The notes: generated by a model not told the origin, from the sequence alone. DNA of 64,000 bases from Octopus sinensis (GCF_006345805.1 NC_043000.1:62868001-62932000), one strand, 5' to 3'. Shown: positions 1 through 13,583, counted from the stretch's first letter. Numbers and translations are program-made.

Positions 1-3000
1 TATATATATATTGTGTGTGTGTGTATTGCCTGCTGCAACTCATAATTTTACCGACTGACGAAATGCAAGATATATTTAAGTGAAACAACGCGGTGCAAAA
101 GGGTGGGTTGGGTCTCTGAATGCTTATTTCATTGCTTGCTGCCAGCCCAGTTTGAGAAATCAGCGTAATAGATATCAGCAATATCCTACTCTATGTATTC
201 AGTGCGTTTTCTTCAGCCTGTCATAGAACAACGTAAATACGCTCGCGCACGCACATTCAATATATAATATAGTGCTACAATGACAATTTTATCGTAGCCC
301 TGGTAATACTGTTGTAAATTTTGATAATAATATAAAAGCATAATAAATACATGACAGAAAAATGTATAAAACTGTTTGATAACGACACTGAAGTGCAAAC
401 ATATGTATATACTTCAAAGCTTTGAAAGAAGCAAAAGTTAAAGTCCTGTTTTGTGACAGTTCTGAGATTTCGAGTCGCAAGCATATGAAGAGGCAACGGT
501 TAAGTGGTTCCCACATAAATACCTCATATGTAAGTACAGACATACAGACAGAAACACGCACTCATATGATTGCTAGCGTCATCATCGTCACAGACGTCGT
601 CGTTTTAAGTCGCCTTTCCATGAAAAGATGAGTTGGGTAGTATAAGGACATACCCTCTCTCATACATGTGTATATATACGCGTGTGCATGTGTGCAAATG
701 ACTGTGCGTATGCGTGTATATATTAAGGCGGACAATTAGCAGAGACTTTATCGTCTCATTAACTGCTCTTGTCACTCCTAGTTCAAATCCCGCCGAGGCC
801 AACTTTGTCTCTTCCATCATTTCGTGGTTGACAGATTTGTATTAGAGTTAACAGATTTGTATTAGAGTAGATTCTTCTCTCTCTTTCTTTCTTTCTTTCC
901 TACACATAATGCACCCACGTTGCACACATATAATGTGTGTGTATATATGTATGTGTATGTACGTGGTCATGTGTGTGTACAAATCGCTTCTAGTAACTGA
1001 TCTATTTTGTAGTAATTTCTCTAAGTCTCTCTCCAAACATAATTCGTTAAAGCCCACTTCTTGTTTTAACATCCAACTTTCATATATGAATATTCGAGCT
1101 TTTAAAAAAATGTACTGTGCTACTTAAAGCTGGTTGTGCTTCAAACAGAAAAACGTTTCTTAGCACAAAAGTGTCATTAAGCTGCTGATTCCTAGTTATA
1201 CATTGAGAGTAGCAAGCTGGAGTTTGTTTCCTTTTCTTAATTTCGCATTTTACTAGAGAGGCACAGCTTCCTGTAGAATCATTAGTTCTGGGGTTGGTCT
1301 TCTTTCGTTTCACTGCGGAAATACATTTTTTTCATTTGAGTCTTTGATCAGAGCCTTGTCAAGTTCTACGATAAGGTTTTGTTGTTCAGCAGGTTTGGTT
1401 TTTGGTACTTAGTTTAAAAGAAAATTATTGCGGAGATCAATGACTGAACTTTGTGTTCCCATATTGGTAAGTGAAACGGGGAAACAACGAAAGTAACACT
1501 ATTTGCGAAAACTGTTTCTTTATAATTCATTGAAAAATCCGATTCCATTATCTGGAAGCATTACTGTTAGCTATTATGTGTGACGAAGTCATTCCCAAAG
1601 TTTTTTATTTGAATATATAACGAACACAATTAATTTGAACAGACTGCAACTGACTGAACCGAAGCACATCATTCTACATGTCTATGCCGAGATTGTGGGA
1701 ATTGACCTAACAAGGAGCAGTCACTCTATCAGCTAGAGATAACCTTTACATTCCCCTTAAGCCAAGCCGTAACCGTTTTAAAAAATGAGGGACATAATGG
1801 AAGATATAGTCCAGGGTACATTGTTTGAAAATAAGATGTGGTGCTCATGGCTGAAACTCTTTGACCGTGGGTCTGCTCAATCAGAGCCGACCTGGGATAA
1901 AGCAACGATCACAAGGATCTAAATGGTAATTAGTGACAAAGTTTTCTGTACAACTTAACCCTACATTGGATCAATTCAATATTTGGACATGTTATTTTTT
2001 TTCTTATATATACTTGTTTTATTACTAATAACGAAACAAAGCCAATTAAGTTTGACAGATGATAAATCAATTGATTGGATAAACACCGACATTACGTTTC
2101 AATCAAACGAAGACAGAATTCATTTTGTTTTGGTTTCTTTCATTGGAAATCTTAGCTTAAACTGAATGAAAAAAAGCACACACACACACAAGAAAGAAAA
2201 AGACATTTTCTTCGGGCAACAGTATACGAAACAATGAAAATGTACTCAAGTTTCACTCCACAGAATGAAAGCAGAGATGATGGAACATTTAGGTGAAAGG
2301 AAATCAACGTTGTTAAACGAGTGTTCTGAACATATGATATTCCATCGCTAGCGTCAGTCATAGAATAAATGTCGTATTAGAAGTTGATGAAAAGAGCTGC
2401 TTTATTTGAATGGCTATAGAAAATGTAATTGCCAGCTATCGAGAAGATTTCGTAACAAAAGTGAATGAATATAATAATTATATCGCAACATAATTGAAAT
2501 TCACATTGCCGTAGCCATATCTAAGGCTGAAAAACAAAGGTAATCAGATGGTATGATTGACCTGAATTGGCTATTACTTTTATTAAGATATATTTCAGTT
2601 TCTTTAATTTTCAGCGTAAGACGTCTTGTATTGAAAAGTGTTAATGAAGCGTAAACTAACATTACTTTCTTTTAAGACCGTTTGAAGAAATGTTTTAACT
2701 CACATGTTTTTCTTTTTTAACGGTGTATACTCATTCAGATTATTTGTAAACCATTCTCTCCACAAACCCCTTCTCTCTCTTTCCTCTCCCTCAATCATTA
2801 CTTCGGATGTTTTTTTTAACAACCTTGGTGAAAAATACGTTATTGTACAAGAAGTGTCATTAAGCCAACTCGTTTTAAAGAAAACGGCGCAAGGTTAGAG
2901 ACACTTGATCCTTGTAACACTCTCATTCTTTTAAAATGCTCTCTGTTGACAGAACGGGATATATTACTACAAACAAGTGATTAAGAAAAAACAAGGAAGA

Positions 3001-4429
3001 AAGAAAATTCTTCACAAACCAGTCAGTCAACTTAACCTAGCTTTTAAATATACACTCTTTTATTTTGTTATTTGGGATCAGTTTTCTATTACAATCAACC
3101 AACAAGAGTAGGGCTAATTTTCACTTAAAAAGGTCATACAGATGCTAAGGAAATGTCAATAGCGGAACACTAAAGTCATTGAAAATTAATTAGACTGTCC
3201 AACTTTACTTTGATTTACAATGTAGAATTTTTAACTAAAGTGATGCAGTTTACTAAAAGAAGGGAAATAAGTGTCGTAATATTTCTACTGAAGAAGGGCG
3301 CCTAAATCATTTTTGTTAACGATTTTTCTCCTATTTTTAATAGATATAAATGAATTTATTCGTAGACGGCTAACAAGATCAAGACCACATAGTCGGTGTA
3401 TAACAAAAGAAAAGAACAACAGCAAAACAAGACAATAATGCAGTATTATTAGCATATAGTGTTAAATCGAAAGGTTTCTTTTTAGTAAAGCAATACTGAA
3501 CGTTAGTCATGAATTCAGTAATTGAAGTATTAGTGCAGTCTAGTAGGTAAGGTATTGAACTGATTGTTTAGTATTGACTATATTCTACTGGCTAATTAAC
3601 AAATATAGAAACGCTGTTAGTCATTAACAAAACTGTAAATTATTATTTATATTATCTATTTTTAAAAATGTTATATTGTAATTTGTATATAATAGCAGGG
3701 CCGATCACTGGTTCACTGTATTTTTTGATAGTGAAAGTGACAAGATGTTTGTAACACGATGTAGGACAAATATTTCAAGGGACTATGTTCATAGAGTATC
3801 GGTTTGTCGGCGACTTACACACACACAGAGGAAGATATTGGTTAACTCGAGACCACGAAAGACGACTCTTGACCATGTCTACACTATATAAGGTTTAAAA
3901 TAAACCAAGCTGAAAATTAAAAATGATTTTTATAAACCACAGTATTTTCCTTACTCTAGCTCTTGATTAATCATAGACGTGCATACATACGATCAAAAGT
4001 TTTCCATTAATGACCATCCAGTCTTTTTCCTAGCCTATATATCCAATGGTTCCTTCTGCTTTTCTAAGATAGTAGAGTGTGATGTGGGGTAGGTTTGTTT
4101 GCTTATCCTAAAAAGTCTTAGATCCTCCCTCTGTGGCTCACTGCCTTAATTCAAGTACTTGTTTAGCGCCGTATCATCCCTGATAGAACAGCATTATCAT
4201 CAATGGCATTCAAGCCATAAACATTCAGTTCTTTTGTTTTTTCCAGGCATTGCGTATATACGATGACATTATCCAACATAGATGGTCACGTGATCACGTA
4301 TAGATTTTTTGTTGGCTTCATAGACTGCAATTCATTAACACCCTTTTTCTCAGTATAGGGCCCTTTCTAATCTTTGCCCTAGTTATTTAATCCCATTTCC
4401 AAAGTTACGCTACATCTGGAGTGAATATT

Positions 4430-4846
4430 ATCTTTTATCTTGTTTCAGTCATTTGACTGGCCATGCTGGAGCACCGTCTTGAAGGATTTTAGTTGAACAA
4501 ATCGCTCCTAGGACTTATTTTTTAAAGCCTAATACCTATTCTATCGGTCTATTTTGCCGAATCGTTACGGGGACATAAACACGCCAACACTGGTTGTCAA
4601 GCAGTGGTGAGGGGATAAATACAGACACAAATACACACACACACACACAGATATATACATATATGTGTATAAACGACAGGTTTGGTTTCTTTCAATTTCC
4701 GTCTACCAAATCCGCTCACAAGGCGCCTGCCTAAGATGCTACAAATCCGCTCACAAGACGCTTGCCCAAGGTGCTACACAGTGGGACTGAACCTGGACCC
4801 GTGTGATTGGGAAGCAAGCTTCATACAACACAGCTACGCCTGCGCC
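4430..4846 (-). mobile_element. SINE family A copy with an internal ~36-bp duplication
   Basis: Same modules as 15934-16349; caaatccgctcacaag occurs twice. An older plus-strand copy follows at ~4990-5110. Confidence 0.75.
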
Positions 4847-5483
4847 TCCAAAACCTTCCAGGCTTGCTACAAGGTTATACAGTTTTAGAAAAACCAAAGT
4901 TATGCTACAGACACAAACTCTTGATATATAGCCGTTTTTACTATATATTGGATGCAGCATAGCCGAATGGGAAAAGTTTGCTATGCAAAAACGAGTTTTA
5001 TCGTTCGGTCCCACAGCGGGGTGGCATAGGCAAGTGTCTTTTGCCATAGCCACAAGGGACTCAAAACTTGCGAGTGAAATTGGGCAAATGGAAATTGAAC
5101 AGAAGCCAGTCAAGAGGACTGTACTCGTAATTCAAAAGTTCAAGCTTATCATACACCGTGTCACGCTGATTTTTACTTGACGATTACACAGACACTTTCA
5201 GACTAATTCCATGATTAGGTAACTCGGCTGATCAAACATCTGAATCGGAAGACTCAGTGTTGAGACCGACACATATTTATTTTATTACTTACTTTTCTAA
5301 ATGCGGAAATAGAAAGGTTTATTATGATCCTGTACGTTAAGCAAACCCAGGAGTTCGGAATAAAGCATTAGTATATTTTAGATGGTTTTTATAATGAATT
5401 AGCTCTGACCATGTTGCTACAACTGCGGATACTGAAATGCGCTACAAATTATATCAGTTTGATAACATTACTAATTTCCTTAC

Positions 5484-5644
5484 CTATCACTTGAGATAGA
5501 TTATGTGCATCCATGTCTAGCATCACAGCACCAGACATCATACAGCTTCGCAGTTCGAACAAGGAATGTAAAGATAAAGATGCCACATGAGGTTTCGACC
5601 ATCTTTCTCCTCCTTCCTCAACATCTTCTTCATATTTCACCCAT
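5484..5644 (-). CDS. SLC4A8/SLC4A10-like: SLC4 bicarbonate transporter coding exon (161 bp, phase 2 to 1)
   Basis: Acceptor cttttctttatag and donor gatag|gtaagg. Translates (R)[53 protein letters not shown], the hallmark Band-3 cytoplasmic-domain motif [31 protein letters not shown]. Confidence 0.96.
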
Positions 5645-5719
5645 CTATAAAGAAAAGTTCGGGATTTCTTTGAATATTTTGATAGTCGTTTACAAGAAGA
5701 GGCAGCTGAAGATAATCAA

Positions 5720-5768
5720 ATGATGATGACGAGGATGATGATAACGATGATGATGATGATGATGATGA
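5720..5768. repeat. (GAT)n microsatellite
   Basis: Direct reading; lies ~75 bp upstream of the SLC4 exon acceptor on the minus strand. Confidence 0.9.
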
Positions 5769-6039
5769 TACAGAACCAAACCTCCTGCTCTTACACACAT
5801 ACACAATATGTAGAAAATAACCCTATTATTCGACACTGCACACTTAACTGCGTTCAGACTGATGGAATTGTAAGGATTTCTCATATACATAGGCACAAGG
5901 CCAGAAATTTGAAGATTGTGATAAAATCATTTCTAGTATTTTGCAAGTATTTTTTTTTTCTTTCGAACTCCCGAAAGGATGAAAAACGAAGATGACTTTG
6001 GTGGGAATAATGTATAACAACATCTAATAGTTTTACCTC

Positions 6040-6417
6040 ACTCTTCACTGAGATGTGACCATGTTTGGAAGTGGTTTTACCACTCTTTGATCTGATTTTT
6101 ATCCATGGCATCATCGCCAAAAGCCTGCTGAATCTTCTGAATGATTTGAACTTGAGTATCACCAAGCTTTTGGCAAAACTTGATGTAATGCCTCTACTGG
6201 ATGCGTTCGGTGAAAACGGAAATCCGACGAGTAATCACTACATGTTTGTACGCTAGGTGTAAAAGCCGGGAACTGACGCGGTCTATCGGTGATGCGAAAA
6301 TTTTCACGCATGCACAAGAAGGATAGTGTCGCCTTCAGCCCAAAGGAATTTGCCAATACTGCATTAGTTTTGGTGAGAAAAAATAAATTCGGATACTTTG
6401 TGAACGCAATTCGTATA
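6040..6417 (-). mobile_element. Mariner 5' fragment (one TIR plus HTH N-terminus)
   Basis: Minus strand begins tatacgaattgcgttcacaaagtatccgaattt (mariner-type terminus) and encodes TERIQ*RHYIKFCQKLGDTQVQIIQKIQQAFGDDAMDKNQIKEW*, the mariner N-terminal HTH. Confidence 0.8.
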
Positions 6418-6689
6418 TGATGCGTGGACACCAGGGAAATATATGCTGTGTTATGTCATACAGATGACAGGCAAAGGGCTAAATTGGTCTTATTTTCTCA
6501 TTCGTAGCCAGAGTGTATTCGACTGATCTGCATGAACTCTTCCTTTCCCAGTTATATATATTGTATATGATATACACGTACATGCTCATGAAAGAACAAA
6601 TTAGACGGCTAATACTGGAACAATTTAAATAATTGAGAATTTCCTAGACTGAAATCCTGGCTACCTCCGTGATTCTAATGAGAGAGGAA

Positions 6690-6945
6690 ATGTGAAGACA
6701 CATGGCTTACGCAAGGTCGCAGTTTCAATTCCCAAACCGGCGTCGTGCTCGAGAGCAAAATACTTCGTTTCACGTTGCTCAAGTCCTCTCAGCTATAAAT
6801 GGGTAACTCTGCGACGGACTGGCATTCCATTCAGGAGGAATGTTGACTTGCCCGCTTAGCCAGCAGAGTGGCATCACTCTAAAGCCGCAACAATGCGAGG
6901 AGGAGCTCTGTGATCAGCGGTGTATAACAACATCTGACAGTCTGA
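6690..6945 (+). mobile_element. Older tRNA-derived SINE family E (related copy at ~49980-50150, -)
   Basis: gtttcaattccc B-box-like, ttcacgttgctc...ctcagctataaatggg...ctgcgacggactggc body. Confidence 0.5.
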
Positions 6946-7739
6946 CTAATGTTTTAATATAATAGTTAAACAAAATTACATATCAACTCGCTTAACAAAG
7001 CTTCAAATGGACTGAACCATATCGCAACGCTTTCACGATTCACACTTTAAATTGAGTTTTTTTTTTATTTTTATTTTCATTATTCTCAACAAAAAAAAAC
7101 TTATTTGGTACTGTAATCATCATTTATGGGGAAAAATTCATTTCCTGGTGGAAAATTTCGTTCATGATATTTATATATCTTGATTTATTATGTAATGAAA
7201 ACAGAATTTTCATTCATGAAAGAAGTCAAATATTTCTAACTTACGCCTCCTTTTATCTATGAAAAACCATCAGGTAAACAAAGAAATGTGATTTAATTCA
7301 TACTTCCTGAGAATTACCTACCAACATCTCACCTAGTTTCTTATTTTAATGTGTCTCTTTACAAAACTACTTGACAAAGACATGATCATTGTATTAGAAA
7401 TTAAATTACTAAGTCTGCAAAGAAATTTCATAGATTATAATAGTCGAGCGCAGATAATGGATGAAAAGAAAATGTGACTGACCCCCGAAAAAAAGCATAA
7501 CAAAGACATTACAAGGTAAAAATAAACAGGTTTTATCACTACATATGTGTGAGAAAATGGTTTGAAAACGAATTTGTATTCAAATTCTGACATACAATGA
7601 CTTTTGCTATTGTTGTTATACTTATCATACATTAAGAATATTCGTCAACTCGTTTTTCTTTAAAAAATAAAAATTCCATTAATAAAAGTGCAGAAATGGG
7701 GTGAACTTTATGCAAAACTTTAGCAGAAAACCAGCAGGT

Positions 7740-8590
7740 TTAGGGGAGGGGCAAAGTCGATTAAGTCGACCTCAGTGTTCCACTGGTGCTTATTTTATCG
7801 ATCCCGAAAGATGAAGGGCAAAGTCAATCCCAGATGAATTTGAATCTAAAATGTAAAGATGGACGAAATGCCGCTAAGCAGTTCGCCCTGCATGCTAACG
7901 ATTCTGCCACTCGCCGCCTTATCTTTTGTATAATACCCCCAACATGATGCAGGTATTAAAAAAATCCTTTGAAGTTGAGGTTGGATAGAGAATTAGAATA
8001 ATTAAATATGGGTGTTTATTTCAATCAGAACATCTATAGTTTGGCCTCAAAATTCGGAATGCCAATTAACGCCGCAGTTTTCAAACTGATAAATACAATT
8101 CCCCATACTATCTCAAAATTATTAGCGAAGTTGTTTTCCACTTCCCCTCTTAGTTAATTCTTTCTAATACATGCACAAAGCCTGTAATGTTGGTGGGAGG
8201 ACTTTATCGGTTACATCGTCTCCGGTGCTCAAATGGTACTTATTTTATCGATCCAGAAAGGATGATAGGCAAACTCGACCTTGACGGCATTTTAACTCAG
8301 AACGTAATGAGTCGAAAGAAATATTGCGAAGAATTTTATCCGACGTGCTGACGATTTTGCCAACTCGCCACCTTTTCCCTCTTTTCAAATTTTAGCACAG
8401 AGTCAGCAGTTTTTCAGGGGAAGAAGAAGTCGCTAACATCGATCCCACTACTCAAATGGATACTTATTTTATCATCCTTGAAGGAATGAAAAGCAAAGTC
8501 GACCTCGACAGAATTTGAACTCAGAACGTAAAGACGTACGAAATGGCGCTAAGCATTTTGCCCGGCGTGCTAACGATCCTGCCTTCTTTA
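7740..8590 (-). mobile_element. Cluster of three SINE family B copies (tRNA head plus Meta/MESC-like core)
   Basis: Each shows the reverse complement of ...gttctgagttcaaattc...gtcgactttgcctttcatcctt...gtcgataaaataagtacc. The Meta-domain resemblance is from memory. Confidence 0.75.
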
Positions 8591-10690
8591 TTAATGAGAA
8601 GACGAAGGAGATTGCATCCATATAATGCTTTCTTTACTATTTTATTAGACAAGTTCTAACAAAGTTTAAAACCATCTTCATTAGAATTGATAATTCACCC
8701 ACCTTCTTTTCAATCCGTACCCCACTTCACCACACATTCTGAAAAACACTGAGCCAACATATACCTATAAGGCTTGCAACCACTGGGGTTATTTTCTTCC
8801 TTAAAGTTAAAAAATGGGATTATGATACCGAAATGTGAAATAATTTGTTATTGCTATTATTTTGTGCTTTGTAGACTGTCCTGTATTACTAAAAAAATGT
8901 ATGCCTTCTACCTTCCATAATAATACGGTTTAAGTGGGCTTTTACACGAAATGCGAAGAATACGTTTCGCGGTACATCACAAACCATTTAACAATATTCA
9001 CTCTCATACCTAAACACATATCTAAACAGTCAATCCGAAATCGTTTTTCAATCGTATCCCCTGTTTATTTTCGTATGCCCATTGTTTTAATTCTGTCTTT
9101 TAAAAACGAGATTCTGGGGCGAAATCTTTTCTTGGTTGTTACTATTCATACACTGAAAGCAATGACTTTTGAAGTAATTTGCATTCACGTCACATTCGGT
9201 TTTTTTACAGACTGTGGTCTCAGCAAAAGAATTCATGAAGCAACTAGAAAGCTACTATGTGTTCGTCCTACTTGCTAGAAAGGGCAGCTTAACTTTTTCA
9301 AATTACACGTCATTATTTTACAAAAAGAATAGCATATATTATAATGCAATACTACACAATGGTGAAAGGTCACTGCTGAAACGCTTTTGACCATAGGATT
9401 ACTTAATCAGGCCTGATATGGGCTCAATAACGAAAACATCAATAATAATTCTATTGATGTCTTCGTTATTGCATTTCACTTTTAGCGATGAATTAAGAAG
9501 GTTTGATATGTGTACGTGTGTGTATGCTTAAACTTTTTGTTGAAGTAATCGTTTAAGATTGATTTTTATATAAAATAGTAAAGAATTCATCAAACTAATT
9601 GTTTTATCATTAAATCTGCTAAAAAATGCTTTATGGAAATCTTTGTCAAAGAATTCTTCATTAGTCAATAGGTCAAAGATTCATTACCATCTTTTATTTT
9701 ATTTAACTAGATTTTTTGGTAAGAACTTATTTCCGTATGCGAGTTTTTCATTTGGTTAATTGTAAGATTGGTATCAATTTGTCACCAAAATTAATTTAAG
9801 ATAATTTAAAATGCTAGTTTTCCTAGATGTTATGGTTCAGAATCTGAATCGTTAAAATAGATGTTGATCAAATGTGTTCTTTTTGCCAATTATTGAAAGG
9901 CAAATGCTATTCCATATTTTCCGGTGCACAAGTCGACATAGTATATAGCGTATGTAGTGTAAACATTCAAACATCGTCACTGTTTCCCAAGTCCTGCTGT
10001 ATTTCACATGAAACTTTTGGTCCTCCAAAATCGTCTCAGTGTCCAAGTCGATCAACCTTTTTTTCTGGCGGTAAATTTCGGCCTGAATAATTCGACTTGT
10101 ATGACGGAAAATAATACGTTAATCCATACAGTCAACTCTATGTAATTGTGAATTGTGGTGACTATTTTGTTGACGCTCAGAAAGTTGAATGGCGGAGCCG
10201 AAATCTATGGGATTTGAACCCAGAGCATAGATGAATGAATCTAAAATAGGGTATGGCATTTCGTCTGGGGTTCAGCGCTATAGCCACAAAGTGTTTAAAT
10301 AACATACAAAATGCTCATCTGGCAACGGTTATGACCTTCAAGAAACGTAAGAAATAAATGGAATATTTTGTTTCTTGTTATATAAATGAAAATATCACAA
10401 CCAACAAAACGTGTCACTGCATTAACGTCACCAGCCATTCATTGTCCGATACCGTAGCATCTAGTCTTAAATTTCAATTCGTCAAATGTTTTGTTAGTGT
10501 TTCAGCTTAAACAGAGGAAAATTGTTTATAAGCAAGCAGGCATCTAAGGTAAAAAGAAAAAAAAACAAAGAAAGAAGTCAATATCTCATATACAATAACC
10601 TATCCATTCAAGAGGAAAATATGAACATTTGGTTACACACAAACGCCCCCCACCTACCCACACACACACACACACATTTTTTTTACATAA

Positions 10691-10880
10691 GGCGCAGGAG
10701 TGGCAAGTAGCTTGCTTACCAACCACATGGTTTCGGGTTCAGTCCCACTGCTATGTGGCATCTTGGGCAAGTGTCTTTTACTAGAGCCTCGGGCAGACCA
10801 AAGCCTTGTGAGTGAATTTGGTGGACGGAGGCTGAAGGAGGCCCGTCGTATATATATGTGTGTGTGTGTGTGTGCGTATT
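10691..10880 (+). mobile_element. SINE family A, 5' half
   Basis: ggcgcaggagtggc...gggttcagtcccactg...gcccgtcgtatatatat. Confidence 0.8.
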
Positions 10881-10929
10881 TTACCAGCTAGCCGCCTTTA
10901 ATTTATATTAATATATTATAGGCTGTTTA

Positions 10930-11440
10930 TGGTGACGCGCTGGCAGAATCTTTAATTTCGTCCGCCCTTACATTCTGAGTTCAAATTTCGGCGAGGTCGA
11001 CTTTGCCTTTCATCCTTTTTAGGCAGCGAGCTGGCAGAATCGTTACCGCACCGGGAAAAGTGCTGAGCGGCATTTCGCCTGTTCATACGTTTTGAGTTCA
11101 AATTCCATCGAGGTCGACTTTGCTTTTATCCTTTTGGGGGTCGATAAAATGAGTACCAGTTGAGCATTGGGATCGATTTAATCGACTTACACCCTCCCTG
11201 ACATTGTTGGCCTTGTACCAAAATGTGAAGCCGATATCATATCTTAAGGTGACGAGCTAGCAGAATCATTAGCGCGTCGGACAAAATGTTCAGTGGCAGT
11301 TCTGAGTTGAAATCTCGTCGTGATCAACTTAGTCATTCATGCTTTTGAGGATGATAAAATGAAGTACCAGTTAAGTACCAGGGTCTATGTAATTGATGTG
11401 CTTCTCCTCTAACATTGGTAGCTTTATGCCAAAATTAGGA
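10930..11440 (+). mobile_element. Cluster of three head-to-tail SINE family B copies
   Basis: Repeated (g)agctggcagaatc...gagttcaaatt...gtcgactttgc heads at ~10935, ~11025 and ~11250. Confidence 0.75.
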
Positions 11441-12005
11441 AGAAAGTACATCTTATAGGTTGTAGTTTAGTCTTAACTAAGCAAACTTATGCCTGCCTAG
11501 GCCAGCCTTTCTTTTTTATATACATTAGAAAAGGTATGAGTAACTTTTTCAAGAAGAGACATGGTTCATATCAGGCCAGTTGCACTACTAAAAGAAATTC
11601 AAGGTAATTTTAAAGTTTGCTTGTGATTGCATTAGAGGCGACGTTATTATATCCTTTTTTTATAAGTTTGTAAGATATGTGAAGGGGATATCTACTTAAC
11701 TTATAGCCGCCGCGAAAAAGTTTCTCCACCGGCTCAATATATTTTATACCTACATGTGCCTAATGAGCTTTAGAGAAAAGAATTGCAATAATGAAGAGCA
11801 TTTTAAGAAACACGTTTACTTGTGACAGCAGAAGTTAATGCCTGAGTACTTACGGTATCTGACTAGCAGACAATGTTACTGTAGCAGTGAGTCAAAACCG
11901 AACCGCTAGGTAACAGGTCATGCATCACGCCCTAACCACAGTCACAGCAGTTTCACGTGATCGGTCTACGAAGCAACCAATCAGCGTCAAGTCATCTCGT
12001 GATCC

Positions 12006-13583
12006 CATCATCGTAACCGAAATGGACCACCTATGTAAAGTAGGCAAGGCCATAGAGGTTTACGAGACGGTGACAGGAGCAAAAGTTAATCGCGAAAAGT
12101 CAGTCGGCTTGCAACTCGGCACCTGGAGAGGCAAGTCGATGCCTCCTGACAGCGTCGTGGGACGTTGGACGGAGGGTCCGATTAAACTGCTAGGGGTCTG
12201 GTTCGGTCCAGACCTCCAAATAGAGAAGAATTGGGGCGAGGTAACGAGCAAGGTGGCTGCAGTAGCCAAGACCTGGTCTTGGCGGTGGCTATCCTTGAAA
12301 GGGAGGGCGGAGGTGGCCAATGTGTTTATCGCATCGGTTATCACCTACCGCCTTTCCGTCGTTCCTTGCCCCGATTCGTGGTTGACCAAGTTGGAAAGAC
12401 AGCTCTTCTACTTCTTGTGGAAGGGTAGGAAACCACTTGTGAAACGCTCTACTTGCTGTCAACAACCGTTAAAGGGTGGGCTAGGGATGCCTTGGCTGAT
12501 GATGCGCAGACATGCGCTGAGGTTAAGACATCTGTGGCTCTACCTGGATGGTGAACGGGTGTGGTCTCCGTTAGCAAAACTGATGTTTCCCAAGTTCACT
12601 AGTTTCGGTGGACGGGAAACCTGGCTGGATCGTAGATCGAAACTCGGTACTTGGTACACGGAGTGTCGCAAGGCTCTCCTGCTATTCCGTCGCTCGGGCA
12701 ACGCCTGCGGTGGGGGTTCCACCACATTCTTCTATAGAGGGTTGGTAGAGGCGGAATGTGAAGATACCTTGGGGGAAACCCTAGGTCTCAACGATAATCA
12801 GCTGGCCAGTCTGTTCCGACGTACGTTCAAGCCGAGGACACTGGACAACTTCCAGAAGTCTCTGGCATGGCAATGCTACAGAGGAGCTCTACCTGTTCGG
12901 GATAAACTCGCAAGGCACGGTGGCCGGGACAGTCCGATATGTCCAAGATGCGGGCGGGATAGGGAAACCGTCCCGCACGCTATTGTTCATTGTCCGGACG
13001 TGTCTGAGGTGTGGGTTTATGCCGAACAGCTGTTGTCAGGTACACGAAGAGTACAGCTGTCGACTGAGTCGATTACAAAAATTGACCCACCGGATTTCCT
13101 CGTGAATGAAGGTAAGTTTCGTTTTCTCGTAGTAGTAGCAATTGCGAAAGAGGTGATATGGAAGACGAGAGTGAAAGGTTTACAGTCAGGCAAGTTCATC
13201 TCTGGCCCTGGTTTGATGAATTATTTCATCTTCCACCTGAAAAGGAAGATAGGGCTGGAGAGAATATGCCTGACTAGGAGAGTGTATGAAGAACGATGGA
13301 AAGATGTGGCACGGAAGTTGAGAGTGAAAGATACAACATAAATGTAATACCAAGCGCAACCAAAAGTATCAGTGGGGAGGCGGGGCTCGTGGGGTCCGAG
13401 CTAAACCCGCACCCACTCCATCTGTAATGTCTTCCGGTCTATTCCATCATTCGATTTTGTGTGTATTTTTGTAATTTCATGATATTTTTAAATCCGATTT
13501 TTTGTAAAAACCATCCGTATGTCTGACCCCACATCAGATTGTATTGTCCCCTCTATGTTCGCCCCTTGTGGGTAGTAATAAAA
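12006..13583 (+). mobile_element. 5'-truncated L1/Tx1-clade LINE, young insertion
   Basis: Perfect 19-bp TSD TCAAGTCATCTCGTGATCC at 11987-12005 and 13584-13602. Uninterrupted ORF2 3' part, 3' UTR, and an AATAAAA end. Confidence 0.93.
12007..13341 (+). CDS. Tx1-type ORF2 C-terminal portion (end of RT, thumb, zf-RVT CCHC)
   Basis: Motifs GAKVNREKS, IKLLGVWFG, LSLKGRAEVAN, GGLGMP, W..YRGALPV and C-x2-C-x8-H-x4-C (CPRCGRDRETVPHAIVHC). No stops over ~445 codons. The track start at 11920 is read-in from flanking DNA. Confidence 0.88.
   Translation: MIVTEMDHLCKVGKAIEVYETVTGAKVNREKSVGLQLGTWRGKSMPPDSVVGRWTEGPIKLLGVWFGPDLQIEKNWGEVTSKVAAVAKTWSWRWLSLKGRAEVANVFIASVITYRLSVVPCPDSWLTKLERQLFYFLWKGRKPLVKRSTCCQQPLKGGLGMPWLMMRRHALRLRHLWLYLDGERVWSPLAKLMFPKFTSFGGRETWLDRRSKLGTWYTECRKALLLFRRSGNACGGGSTTFFYRGLVEAECEDTLGETLGLNDNQLASLFRRTFKPRTLDNFQKSLAWQCYRGALPVRDKLARHGGRDSPICPRCGRDRETVPHAIVHCPDVSEVWVYAEQLLSGTRRVQLSTESITKIDPPDFLVNEGKFRFLVVVAIAKEVIWKTRVKGLQSGKFISGPGLMNYFIFHLKRKIGLERICLTRRVYEERWKDVARKLRVKDTT

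Noticed and set aside
1080-1313. Minus-strand ORF with an acceptor-like tttccgcag, as the next SLC4 exon
   Set aside because: No similarity to the expected D-(L/M)VLD...LL.RH.H segment and no good donor. The next exon is probably outside the window.
11920-12005. N-terminal 29 codons of the 473-aa ORF
   Set aside because: They lie in flanking DNA and the TSD, upstream of the LINE truncation point; chance read-through, not part of ORF2.
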